Source: Octopus sinensis (Eukaryota). From it: a DNA stretch of 52,325 bases. Positions within the stretch are counted from its first letter, which is position 1. Each line of letters opens with the position of its first letter. Location: positions 1 to 52,325 of the forward strand of contig NW_021836846.1 of assembly GCF_006345805.1 (NCBI RefSeq), written 5' to 3'. The notes beneath the pieces were generated by a model. It worked only from the letters and a program-made list of their open reading frames with translations. It was not told the DNA's origin and made no database searches. The position numbers and the translations under genes were made by a program. Positions 23,856 through 36,059 of this stretch are shown here, in pieces.

Positions 23856-24299
23856 CAAATGAAAGACAGAAGATGGAAGATAATGCCGTAAGCTCAGTTT
23901 CCTTTTTATCCATCTGTAAGTCAGGAGATAAGGCAGTGTCTATGACATCTAGGACTGGTAAAAGAGAGAGGAAGGTTTTCTCAAATCGAAAACCTGGTCC
24001 GGGTTCTTGTAACAAAGTGGACTCCGCTAAAGGTACACAGAATTTCAGGTGTTGGTGTTAAAGTCTCTCGCCCCATGGCCTGATTTGAACTCAGAAAGAA
24101 AAGTATCGCAAGAAATACCATAAGGAATTTGATTCGACGTTCTTACGGTTTTGCCGGTCTACCACGCTGGTTTGGGGCATTTTCTCTCTTTTGATAACTT
24201 CAGCTGGATTTGAACTCATAGCACAGAAAATCAAAACTAATATTATTGCGTAACGCTCTGTCTGACGATTGAACGACGGCCAATACTCTGCATAATTGA

Positions 24300-24600
24300 T
24301 ATTGGGTGGCGTGTGATAGGTGTGGTGGGGGTTTTGATGGTGGTGTGGTGGTAGTGATGATGGTGGTGTTTGTTGTTGTTGTGGTAGTGGTGGTGGTGGT
24401 GGTGGTGATGATGATAGTGCGATGGAAGTTACTGGGATGAAAAAGGACACTATCTTCTCTGAAGATCATCACCATCGTCATCATCGTCATTGTCATCGTC
24501 ATCGTCACCATCATTGTCGTCATCATCGCCGTTAACATCGTCATCGACGACGTCTTTGTTGTCGTCGTCGTTCTCGACATCTTCGTTGACATCTGCTTCA
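24300..24600. repeat. Mixed (GGT)n/(CAT)n/(CGT)n trinucleotide repeats
   Basis: Direct inspection. Confidence 0.85.
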
Positions 24601-24769
24601 GAGATGAAAAACTTTACCAAAGTTGTTTGGCATTTACAGTGCAATATCACTGGGTGTATCTCAGAATAAGTAGAGATTCAATTCATTACGTAATTATTCT
24701 TGTAATTTGCTACGTTCAATAATCAACAAAGATTCGTAGACCTTTCTCTATAAGTGCCAACCATTTAAC

Positions 24770-25560
24770 TATATTCTTTGCAGTCGAACCACTATTATCT
24801 TCTTACTTTTCAGCTCGCTCCTGGTCTGGCATCTTCAACTCTCCATCAGACAAACTTTCTTTGTGGGACCCTAATATTTCAAAGATAGCATTTTATGAGA
24901 CCCCTTTAGCCTTACGTCATTTTCCGGTGTCACAATGTCCTTTTGAACTTGATAGACATTCCACTGGTGGCAAACCAACAAGACTGCAAATGCAGTCTGG
25001 CCAAATATTTTCCCAAACACTATTCATAGATGACGTTTTCACTTCATCCCATGGCTCGCCTATGTTAATCATCCTCTGCATCCTTAATGTTGAAAGTTCT
25101 CCTATAGTCTCTAACCGTAGGTTAACGCTTCCTATCAAAAGTTTTGTATGTTTCAGACTTCTCAGATGATATGTGTGTTAAAGTTAGCAATTTCCTTGAC
25201 AGCAACCTATCAAGTGAAGTAGCTGCCTTGGCTGATCAAAGTTGTAGCTTGACAAGCAAACAAGCTTTCTGGAGACTCGGGGAACACACTGGATACCCGG
25301 TATATTCAACCAACCTATTAAACTTCCTGCGACTGTTTCCAAGGCCCCTCTTACAATTAGAACAATGATAACTTTATGATAATTCTAAATTCTCGGAAGT
25401 TCATATTTTAAGTTCTGATAGCTTTCTGCTTTCTTACGTTCTTTGCCAACCATTTTGTATGAAACCATCGAGCAACATCGTTTAAATAACATATTCTTCT
25501 CTCTTTGTTATACCATTATCTAGACGTGAATGCTCTATTTGCTTATCCGATTTTATTTTC
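24770..25560 (-). mobile_element. Tigger/pogo-like DDE transposase remnant
   Basis: ORF 24917-25138 contains MINIGEPWDEVKTSSMNSVWENIWPDC, resembling the Tigger/CENP-B-like AW.EV..ST...W..IWP motif; frameshifted elsewhere. Confidence 0.7.
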
Positions 25561-25642
25561 ATATGCCTAAATCCATTTTCAGAGTCATTTTAAAATGTAT
25601 ATTTTATTTTTCGGTCATAATAATTTTTATATTTCCAAATCC

Positions 25643-26071
25643 GGATCTTTTCGGTTTGAACGGCAGTTTTTTCTAGCGGTGTCATATGAAATTGTCACCC
25701 ATAATTTTGACCCTAGTATCGATCTATTGCATTTCAATCTATTTTAGGGTTAAGGTTAGAATTAGGGTTAGGGGTGGGGGGAGGGTATATTTTTTTCTTC
25801 AAAAATGTAAATAAATCCAATCTGTTTCTTAAACGAGGGACATATTCATACGGCACAGAATGTTTTCACCTGAATACACGGTCATTGATTGGTTGAAATT
25901 GCAGATATTGAAGAAAAACAACAACAAATATCTTACAAACTACTGAATTTTCTCAATAAAGCCAAGAGGAAAAGATGTTCTATAAACACATTCTACCAGT
26001 ATACGAAGTTTAAAAGTGTTTAGTTACGTGGAAATTATTTTAAAAAACTGCCGTTCAAACCGAAAAGATCC
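25643..26071. mobile_element. MITE with 30-bp perfect TIRs and 8-bp TSD
   Basis: TIR ggatcttttcggtttgaacggcagtttttt / aaaaaactgccgttcaaaccgaaaagatcc; flanks ccaaatcc at 25635-25642 and 26072-26079. Confidence 0.9.
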
Positions 26072-26929
26072 CCAAATCCATTTTTTTACAAAGTCACCAA
26101 TGCACAATTAATTGTATCGACTTCGTCATTGTCTCCACTTCTTATAAATTCTCTGGGCAAGTATTTTACATTCAGAGACTATAGGAACAACCATCTATTC
26201 TCTTTCTTCATACATTTTGCGAGCGGTTGGGACTTCTTATTTACTTTATATTTACCCCGGCAGCTTGATCCCGCACAGCTAAATTCAAGCCCTCTGTTTC
26301 TTTCTTCAAAATTCCATTCTTTAGCCATCAATACACTTTACCACTTTTAAGAAGGTTCTGTGTAAACTTTTCTGTTCTTGGTGTGGTTTTCCAACTCCGA
26401 AAACTTCACATTTTCCCTTTCTTTCACTAACATTTCCTCTACTCTTACTGTTATCAAAAATACTTCATCACTGCCAACACTGTACTCTCTTTAACACTCT
26501 ACACCTACACAATTTTCTACACCTATAAATCTTCTTCCTCCATCCTTCCTCTTGAATCGCTATCTGTCAGTGTCAACCGGTGGCTGGAAGTGTCTGAAGA
26601 TTGTCTGCAATTATCTCTTTTTTCCTTGTCAACAATTATATTTCTTTTTCTATCTTCCCAAGTTCTTTATTTGTCTATTTGATTATTCTGGTTTTGGTGA
26701 TGGTAACAGTGGTGGTGATGGTAGCGATGGTGTTGGTATTGGTGGAAAAGGAAGAGGTAATAGCTACTGCTCTCGAGTTTATGGCCATTGAATTTCAGTT
26801 GTAATATTCTCCTAACTCTTCGGATATATTCCCTTCAATCGACTTACCCCCGCCTCCGAACTTGCTGGCCACGAGACAAAATTTGAAACCATTAATCCCC
26901 TCCTTTCAAATTTCAGGCCTTGTGCCTAT

Positions 26930-26963
26930 AGTAGAAATGATGATGATAATAATAATAATAATA

Positions 26964-26995
<32 letters not shown>

Positions 26996-27013
26996 CATCA
27001 TCATTACTATTAC

Positions 27014-27063
<50 letters not shown>

Positions 27064-27110
27064 CCATCATCACCACCATCATCACCACCATCATCACCAT
27101 CATCATCATC

Positions 27111-27159
<49 letters not shown>

Positions 27160-27200
27160 TATTATTATTATTATTATTAATTATTATTATTATTATTATT
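26930..27200. repeat. (ATA)/(ATT)/(CAT)n microsatellite at a SINE B tail
   Basis: Follows caggccttgtgcctatagtagaaa. Confidence 0.9.
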
Positions 27201-27202
27201 GC

Positions 27203-27595
27203 GAAGGCGGTGCACTGGTAGAAACGTTTGCACGCCGGGCGAAAGGCTAAGCAGTATTTCGTCTGCCATTACGTTCTGAGTTCAAATTCCGCCGACTTTG
27301 CCTTTCATCCTTTCGGGGTCGATAAATTAAGTACCAGTTACGCACTGGGGTCGATGTTATCGACTTAATCTGTTTGTCTGTCCCTGTTTGTCCTCTCTGT
27401 GTTTAGCACCTTGTGGGTAGTAAAGAAATAGGTATTTCGCCTGTCTTTACGTTCTGAGTTCAAATTCCGCCGAGGTCGACTTCACCTTTCAGCCTTTCGG
27501 GGTCGATAAATTAAGTACCAGTTCCGTACAGGAGTCGATCTAATCGACTAGACCCCACCCCCAAAATTTCGGGCCTTGTGCCAAGAGTAGAAAAG
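27203..27595 (+). mobile_element. Tandem SINE family B dimer
   Basis: Two consecutive ttacgttctgagttcaaattccgccga...ttcggggtcgataaattaagtaccagtt units. Confidence 0.85.
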
Positions 27596-27774
27596 AATAT
27601 AACTTCTTCCTGTCAGCAAGCAGGTGCGAAGAAATCAATGTACATTGTCACTCACTTCAAATACGAACTATCAGCCAACCAACATACAAACGCATTTAAA
27701 CTCCACGGCCACAGTGACATCGAACCCCTCCCCCAACTCACATTGACACTCTCAAAGGTTTAAACTAAATCAGC

Positions 27775-27818
<44 letters not shown>

Positions 27819-28284
27819 TCCCTTATCTCTCCCATAGAGACACAAACACATGCACACGTTGGCACAATAATCTCTTACCTTACGAGGGCCCAAAATGTTT
27901 CATACAAAGGCTCTTCTCTGCGAAAGACTGACATTCCTTTACAAAATCTAGCTTACAAAATCGTACAAAAATAATGTGTCAGATAAAGTAACGCAGTCAG
28001 CGGCTACTTATCACTTACATCAATTAGTCGAGCATACATATATATATTCATGTATGTTCGTGTATGTGTGTGTGTTGTGTGTGTGTGTACATTAATTTAT
28101 ACATATATTTATACATACATATGTATGTATGTATTTCAGAAATATCTGGCAGGTTCACAATGTGGGCTACAAGGCCTGCTCTTGATCTGCAGCAGCGTTC
28201 ACACACACACACACAGAGACACACACACACACACAGACACACACAGACACACACGCACGCACCCACACACACACGCACACACAG

Positions 28285-28455
28285 ACCTGCGACGGGCTTT
28301 CAGTTTCCGTCTACTAAATCCATTCACAAGGCTTTGGTCGGCTCGAGATTCCGAGGCTATAGTAGAAGACACTTGCCCAATATGCCATGCAATGGGATTG
28401 AACCCATAACCATATGGTTGGGAAGCAAGTTTCTTACTACATAGCCACTCCGCAA
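28285..28455 (-). mobile_element. SINE family C, 5' part
   Basis: cgacgggctttcagtttccgtctactaaatcc...cttactacatagccactccg. Confidence 0.85.
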
Positions 28456-28472
28456 CTACATACTATAATATA

Positions 28473-28526
<54 letters not shown>

Positions 28527-28535
28527 CATATATAT

Positions 28536-28580
<45 letters not shown>

Positions 28581-28583
<3 letters not shown>

Positions 28584-28747
28584 CATCTTCTGTCTTTCTC
28601 TCTCTGTTTATTTTTTTCTTAATCCTCTCTCTTGAAGAGCGTAGGCTTCAAACGTAAAAGACTTTTTCATTTTCCCCGAGCGTCAAACTAATACACTTGC
28701 TTGTGTTCCTACAACCTGTTTTCGTCTTTGGTTTTTCTATAAATTTC

Positions 28748-28778
<31 letters not shown>

Positions 28779-28862
28779 GATATATATTGTTGAAATTTAT
28801 AGAAAACCCAAGAGAGAGGATTAAGAAAAAAATAAACAGAGAAGAGAAAGACAGAAGATGGA
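28581..28862. mobile_element. Inverted Penelope-like pseudo-LTR fragments around (TA)n
   Basis: 28581-28634 is the inverse of 28809-28862; 28733-28750 is the inverse of 28789-28806; ttgaagagcgtaggcttcaaacgtaaaagac is a degenerate version of 38221-38251. Confidence 0.6.
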
Positions 28863-28954
28863 ATATACAATAATTTATTATTAATCACGACTATCGTTTC
28901 GACACATCTATCATAAATATATATATATATATCCCGGGTGGGATACTTAACAAT

Positions 28955-28996
<42 letters not shown>

Positions 28997-29379
28997 AATC
29001 CACTTACAAGGCTTTGGTCGGCCCACGGTGCCACGCAATGGGACTGAACCCGGTACCATTTGGTACCCTCCGGAGACACAAAGAGATATGTTTCAACACA
29101 CCAATTCAAAGCAAGATTCTTGCAAATCAAATCCAAAATATTGCATACTTATGAATTTGTAAAACTGATCAACCCCTTATTGTTCCAAGAACTGCACGTT
29201 CTCTCAGTCTTTTATAAACTTGCCAATCGTCCCGAAAAGTTCCACAGTCCTGTTCTAAAGTATTTCAGATGGGAATATCTTTATCACAGAAGAGAAGAGT
29301 AATACAGTGCTGCTTAGATTTATTGGTCAACAGGTAAGGGTCAGGTTGGAAACTAACGTTCCTTCCAGCGCTATCATCA

Positions 29380-30343
29380 CCACTACCACTACTACAGTAA
29401 CCACCACTGCTGCCGCCGCCGTCACCGGCATCAGCAGCGCCACCAGCTCCAACACCAGCAGCATCACCAGCAGCACCAGCAGCACTAGCACCAGCACCAG
29501 CAGCATCAGCACCAGCTCCAACACCAGCAGCAGCACCAGCACCACCAGCACCAGCACCAGCAGCACCAGCACCAGAAGCACCAGCACCAGCAGCCCAGCA
29601 GCAGCAGCACCAGCAGCAGCAGCACCAGCTCCAACACCAGCAGCATCACCAGCAGCACCAGCAGACTAGCACCAGCACCAGCAGCATCAGCACCAGCAGC
29701 ACCAGCAGCACCAGCACCAGGAAGACCAGGCACCAGCAGCACCAGCCTCCACACCAGCAGCAGCACCAGCACCAGCCGCACCCAGCCAGCACCAGCAGCA
29801 CAATAGCACCAGACAGCACAGCAGCACCAGCAACCAGCCACCAGCACAAGCAGCACCCAGCACCAGCAGCATCAGCAGCACCAGCAAACAGAACCAGCAG
29901 CACCAGCAGCACAGCACCAGCAGCACCAGCACCAGCAGCAACAGCAGCAACAGCACCAGCACAGCAGCACCAGCAGCACCAGCACAAGCAGCAACCAGCA
30001 CCAGCACACCAGCGAGCACCCAGCACCAGCAACAGCACCAGCAGCGCACCAGCCACCAGCGCATCCAGCAGCACCAGCACCAGTAACAAGCAGCACCAGC
30101 AGCCACCAGCACCAGCAGCACCAGCACCAGCAGCCCAGCAGCCACCAGCACCAGCAACCAGCAACCAGCAGCTCAAACACCAGCAGCACCAGCGCCCCAC
30201 CAGCAACCAAAGCAGCACCAGCACCAGCAGAGCACAAGCCAGCAGCACCAGCACTAGCACCAGCATCAAGCAGCACCAGCAGCACCAGCACCAGCACCAG
30301 AGCACAGCACCACCAGCACCACCAGCACCACCAGCCACAGCAA
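29380..30343. repeat. About 960-bp cryptic (CAG/CAC/CCA) trinucleotide-derived array
   Basis: Almost entirely C, A and G; a roughly 76-bp higher-order unit occurs at about 29440 and about 29623. Confidence 0.9.
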
Positions 30344-30712
30344 GTGGAGCGCAATGGCCCAGTGGTTAGGATAGCGGGACTCGCGTCGGAGGATTGCGGT
30401 TTCGATTCCCAGACCGGGCGGTGTGTGTGTTTATTGAGTGAAACACCCTAAAGCCCCACGAGGCTCGGCCAGGGGGTGTGGCGACCCTGTTGTACTCTTT
30501 CGCTCCAACTTTCTCTCACTCTTTCTTCATGTTTCTGTCCCCGACTTCCTACGCAACCTACGCTGAGCCTGGATGCGCATTCATCCACCCGTTGATGCTC
30601 TCGGTGTCGGGGGGTTGACCTGCTTTCTCTTCTGCGGGTCTTATGAATAGCAAAGGACCACGTTTCGGACTTCTCCCATCTTGCGAGCTCTGGAACGAAG
30701 ACCGTTCGCTCA
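30344..30712 (+). mobile_element. SINE with family A head and a different body (A')
   Basis: Head gtggagcgcaatggcccagtggttag...gtttcgattcccagaccggg; body after about 30535 (ctgagcctggatgcgcattc...gaagaccgttcgc) differs from 31435-31815. Confidence 0.8.
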
Positions 30713-30896
30713 ACAGCAACAGCAGCACCAGCACCAGCCCCAGCCCCACCACCACCACCATCACCGGCAGCAGCAGCAGCACCACCACCACCACCACACC
30801 ACAGTACCTCAACTGTCCCACCAGCAGAAATATGTAATGAGAGGATTGCAACAATTATGGATGGCGTGTAAAGTGATGCTTAGAGGACATTGTTAC

Positions 30897-30989
<93 letters not shown>

Positions 30990-31434
30990 GAGGGAGAGAG
31001 AGAAAGTATGTCAGTCAAATGTTTTAACAAGTCAAAGTTGAAAGACTATCTCTGAAGTGTCTCTTTTGTTTTTTGTTTCAGTTTATCACTCCTTCCCCAC
31101 CTCCTGCCATCCCCCATCACTCCCCTGCCTCTTACGCCCAATCCTATCACTTTAACCCTCCACCACCACCACCATTAACCGCCACCATTTTATCAAGCTA
31201 TCTCTTACTTTCCACTCATTCCACATTTTAACCTTTTCATTCACTCTTTCTTTCATTCACTCTTTCCTTCATTCACTTCTATTCGTTGATCCGTTTATAC
31301 TTCACTCTCCCATCCTACTTCTCTCACGCATAACCTTATCACGACCTCTTCACCCCCCCACCACCCGCTCTCTGTCTCTATCTCTATCTTTATCTCTGTT
31401 TCTCTTTCTCTTGATCTATGTTTTGGTATAGTGT

Positions 31435-31815
31435 GTGGAGGCGCAGTGGCCCAGTGGTAAGGGGAGCGCACACGCGGTCGTAGGATCGCGGTTTCGATTC
31501 CCAGATCGGGCGTTGTGGGTGTTTATTGAGCGAAAACACCTAAAGCTCCACGAGTCTCCGGCATTGGAGTAGTGGCGAGCCCTGCTGTACTCTTTCACCA
31601 CAGCTTTCTCGCTCTTCCTTCCTGTTTCTCTTGTACCTGCATTTCAAAGGAGCCAGCCTTGTCACACTCTGTGTCACGCTGAATCTCTCCGAGAATTATG
31701 CTAAGGGTACACGTGTCTGTGGAGTGCTCAGCCACTTACACGTTAATTTCACGAGCAGGCTGTTCCCTTGATCAGATCAACTGGAACCATCGTCATCGTA
31801 ACCGTCGGAGTGCCA
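31435..31815 (+). mobile_element. SINE family A, full length
   Basis: A box TGGCCCAGTGG at 31447, B box GGTTTCGATTCC at 31490, then family body to gtaaccgtcggagtgcc. Confidence 0.9.
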
Positions 31816-31819
31816 CGAG

Positions 31820-32432
31820 TAATGCTTAGCGGTATTTCGTCCGTCTGAGTTCAACTTCCATCTCGGTTGAGTTTGTCTTTCATCTTTTCAGTGTCGATAA
31901 AATAAGAACCACTTGAACATTGAGGGGCGGGGGATCAGTGTGATCCACTTATCCCTCCGCTAAAGACGCTGGCCTTGTGCTAAAATTTGAAATCAATATT
32001 ACGGTGTAGTTTAAGGGGCGACTTACAGAGTCGTTAGCATCCCGGACAAAATGCTTAGCGGTATTTTGTCCGTCTTTACCTTCTGAGGTCAACGTTACCC
32101 TCCATCATTTTAAGGTCGATGAAATTAAGTACCAGTTGCGTACTGAGGTCGATGTAATCGACTTAGCTTCTCCCACAATATTTCATGCCTTGTACTAGAC
32201 TAGAAAGGAATATTCTTTTCTACTCTAGGCACAAGATCCGAAATTTTAGGGGATGAAGGTCAGTCGATTCGATCGACCCCCCAGTACGAAACTGGTACTT
32301 AATTTATCGACCCCGAAAGGACGAAAAGCAAAGTCGAACTCGGCGGAATTTGAACTCAGACCGTAAAGACACACGAAATACAGCTAAGCATTTCGCCCGG
32401 TGTGCTAACGTCTCTGCCAGCTCGCCGCCTTA
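31820..32432. mobile_element. Three SINE B copies (+,+,-)
   Basis: Copies at about 31820 and about 32020 on +; 32200-32432 is an inverted copy directly adjacent. Confidence 0.8.
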
Positions 32433-32699
32433 GTAGATAAGAATATTACTACTCTATGGTTAAGGAGTCCGTTTCACATGACGCAATTGCAGGTTCAATT
32501 CCACAGCCCTTCACCTTAGGCAGTTGTCTTCTACTGTAGCTCCGGCATAGTCAATGCTTTGTCAGGGAATTCGGTGGAAGGAAACTGCAGGAATCGAATA
32601 CAGATATATCATATAACATGCACGTCACTAAATAACAACGATAGACACTCAGATAGAGGCTCTCGTTCCGTGCAAGTGTTTGTCGCTATAATACAATGA

Positions 32700-32950
32700 C
32701 GTACAAACTTCTCATTATGATGACCTCGTTTGTCGTTCCATCAAGTGGAAGTCCTATGACGATGGAAGTATGGCGACGTGTGCAGACGTAACAAGACGGA
32801 AGCGCGTAGTTAGTTACAACTTTGGTTTGTCACCTGTGCTTTATTTAAATCTTGCAGATTTGCAACGGGACTGAATAGTCATCTGACAGGTCATGAACGG
32901 AAAGTCAGAGATGCCATTGACAACTAGGAAGCCGTAGGAGACGGTAATTA
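32700..32950 (+). mobile_element. Degenerate RTE-like 3' end (C2H2-type tail)
   Basis: ...FKSCRFATGLNSHLTGHERK resembles the RTE terminal C..C...GL.SH motif; stops upstream. Confidence 0.45.
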
Positions 32951-33115
32951 TCAGTGAAGGTAGAACAAATATCATGCATGTTGTTCGTTTTGGTTTTTAA
33001 TTATATGAAGTCTTTCTATTAGGAGGATCTGGTTTCTAGTAAATATACAAAGCTTAAATATACCATATATATATAGGTATATATATATACATATATATAT
33101 ATATATAATATATAT

Positions 33116-33149
<34 letters not shown>

Positions 33150-33169
33150 CTATATATTATATATAATAC

Positions 33170-33215
<46 letters not shown>

Positions 33216-33244
33216 CATATATATACATATATATATATGTATGT

Positions 33245-33276
<32 letters not shown>

Positions 33277-33334
33277 ATATATACATACACATACTTTATT
33301 TAAAAGCAGCAGAAGAAATTTACAAAATGTTGTT

Positions 33335-33560
33335 GGCATCCTTTTTGTCTTGGGAGACAATGGAGTTGCGTATAGAATAATCTAGCCCGGCTTTTACATT
33401 TCATGTCCTAATACATCTCATGCTGTGGCTGTGTAGTCCTATCCTGGACAAACACCCCCCTCTGGCAGGTGCCGCAAATGTAGTGAAGACTTTGCCTGGC
33501 TGGTTGTAATGTCATAGTTTCTTGTTGACGTCTTTTCCTGTCTTTTCCTGTCTTTCCATG

Positions 33561-33625
<65 letters not shown>

Positions 33626-34092
33626 TTGTGTTCCCTCCTTTACGGTACGTCGCCAATCTCCACGGTTGCTGGCAACTGCTTCCCAGTTGCTAATATTGAT
33701 GCTGCAGGCCTTCATGTCCCTTTTGCAAACATCCTTGTATCGTAAGAACGGTCTTCCCACAAACCTAGTGCCCCTAGCAAGCTTTCCGTAGTGTATGTCC
33801 TTGGGGATTCTGCCATCTTCCATACGGCTAAACATCTCCAAGCCATCTCATACGTCTTTGTGTGAGGGGTGCAAACATGCTTGGTATTGCTGCTTACTTA
33901 AGGACATCTTTGTTGGGGTCATGATTCTGCCATTTGATGCCAAGGATTTTCCGGAGGCAGCGCAGGTAAAAGATATTTAGACGACGCTCTTGGCGTATGT
34001 ATGGCGTCCAAGTCTCACTTTCATACAGTAGAGTGCGAAGTACACATGCCTGGTATATCTTCATTTTTGTAGTGTTGGTCAGCTTATTGTTG
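33335..34092 (-). mobile_element. RTE-clade LINE, 3' about 750 bp
   Basis: KMKIYQACVLRTLLYESETW...RRLNIFYLRCLRKILGIKWQ; RMEDGRIPKDIHYGKLARGTRFVGRPFLRYKDVCKRDMK; interrupted by (GA)n. Confidence 0.9.
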
Positions 34093-34094
34093 TA

Positions 34095-34318
34095 CAATAA
34101 TCCCGCGCCATATCGTGGTTCACCTATCGCGGTTTATTATTTAAGCTTACTTCGATTTCTTCCTGGTGTTGTTTTGCATTTTTAATACAATAAATATATA
34201 CAAATTATAAAAATATTAAAAAAAAATATACAGTACTGTACCGTTTGTACTTCGCGGATATTCACCTATTGCGGGGTATTTTTGGAACGTAACACCCGCG
34301 ATAGTCGAGAGATTACTG
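34095..34318. mobile_element. Tigger-like MITE (TA TSD)
   Basis: ta|caataatcccgcgccatatcgtgg ... ccgcgatagtcgagagattactg|ta, imperfect TIRs. Confidence 0.65.
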
Positions 34319-34452
34319 TACATATTATACCGGACTGACTTGGTGCCTCAACTTATATATATATATATATAATATATATTATATATATTATATATATATT
34401 ATAATTATATATATAAGATATTATATTATTATTTGTTGTAAGAGAGCGTAGG

Positions 34453-34494
<42 letters not shown>

Positions 34495-34665
34495 ATCACG
34501 TGACCGACCAGACCATCAGATGTTGTTACACATTCTATATATACACAGGTATATATATTTATTTATTTATATGTCTGTATACATATGAATGTATATTATA
34601 CGCATGAATGTTTGTGTGTGGTGTGTGTGTGTGTATCATATCTTTCGGTTTCTCTTTCTTTCTCT

Positions 34666-34705
<40 letters not shown>

Positions 34706-34770
34706 TCTTTCTGACAAACACACACATGAGCTTGCGCGCGCACTCTCCCTTTCTCCCCATTTCTCCCCAG

Positions 34771-34894
34771 AAGTGTGACACTTTAGAACTACCTAGAAAT
34801 TTATTGGAACCAGGTGAACAGGATAAGGGTGTTAAGATACCCAGATTTCTTCTAACACAGAGAGTAGCTCCTTTTTCGGTTAGATTACTGTGAG
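34771..34894 (+). other. Candidate exon (no ATG; possibly 5' UTR)
   Basis: Acceptor ttctccccatttctccccAG|, donor GAG|GTGAGT; unique non-repeat sequence. Confidence 0.35.
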
Positions 34895-34980
34895 GTGAGT
34901 GTTTAATTATGAATAAATTTCTACTTACATACCGAAATAAAAATTTTGCAAATTTGGCACGAAACCATACATTTTTCAAG

Positions 34981-35021
34981 AGAGGTGACTTTGCCGGAGG
35001 AAACGATCCAGTATATAACTG
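34981..35021 (+). other. Candidate 41-nt exon
   Basis: Acceptor catacatttttcAAG|, donor CTG|GTAAGC; an 86-nt AT-rich intron separates it from the previous candidate. Confidence 0.35.
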
Positions 35022-35314
35022 GTAAGCATTTCGTTGTAGTTCTTGTTAGCTGTTTAGGTCCCATGTTAGTCCTGAAAAAATAAACAAACCTATGATCAAT
35101 ATACATAGTTTTCATAACCGAGGACGCGACAGGACAAAGATACGCATGTGTCCTATGATCCAATGAAGTCATTGACATTTCAGAGTGTTTATACATATGT
35201 CGTCTGAGAGGAGAATTTTCTTCGGAGATTATTTCTGCAGTAAAAAGTCTCTCCACGTCCGAGTGCATTCGAACATGTTAAATATGACTTTACACATATA
35301 TATATATATATAAT

Positions 35315-35348
<34 letters not shown>

Positions 35349-35442
35349 TTATGATGCATGTATTTATATGAGCGTGTTGTGTATAAATGCACGCACACAC
35401 AGATGCACATATGTGTATATCTATATATGTGTGTGGGGAGGG

Positions 35443-35705
35443 AGGCGCATGGCTCAGTGGTTAGAGCGTTGCGTTTATGATCATGAGGTTGTGAGTTCGA
35501 ATCCCAGACCGGGCTGCGTGTTGTGTTCTTGTGCATGTTCACCAGGTCATGTGCTGTTTATCTTGATATGAGATCATCATGACGCGCACATATGGTTGTG
35601 ATGCATGTGCCTGGTGTACCCTTATCAGACGGGTAAATATGATGGCTATACTGGGCTTCGTATAATTTACTCCAGTGTCATTTTGACGGCTTGCATAGCT
35701 CTCTC
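35443..35705 (+). mobile_element. SINE family D head with variant body
   Basis: aggcgcatggctcagtggttagagcg...gagttcgaatcccagaccggg. Confidence 0.75.
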
Positions 35706-35889
35706 ACTCAAAATAATAATAATAATGATAATAATAATAATGATGATGATGATAATAACAACACGGGAAGAGATCCTGTGAGACCTCTGACACCAGGCTG
35801 CTGTCTGCTCTCAGAATATATCAGAAAAAACAAGACTGAACGTTCTGAGAAGTAAAACGATAATAATAATAATAATAATCCTTTCATGC

Positions 35890-36015
35890 TTACTGAAATT
35901 TTAGGGGTGGGGGTAGTAAATAACATCGTCTCCAGTACTCAACTGGTACTTATTTTATCGACCCTGAAAGGATGAAAAGCAAAATCAACCTCGGAGGAAT
36001 TTGAACTCAGAACGC
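35890..36015 (-). mobile_element. SINE family B
   Basis: actggtacttattttatcgaccctgaaaggatgaaaagc...ggaatttgaactcagaacg. Confidence 0.85.
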
Positions 36016-36059
36016 TCATCATTTTCTACGATTTTCTATGATTTTGAGGAACCAATTGA

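Noticed and set aside
23860-24060. Open frames on both strands (minus LKFCVPLAESTLLQEPGPGFRFEKTFLSLLPVLDV...)
   Set aside because: No convincing donor, no recognised homology, and the length is within chance expectation.
31435-31510. tRNA gene (A and B boxes present); likewise other SINE heads
   Set aside because: No complete cloverleaf or acceptor stem, and the sequence continues into a SINE body repeated many times in the window.
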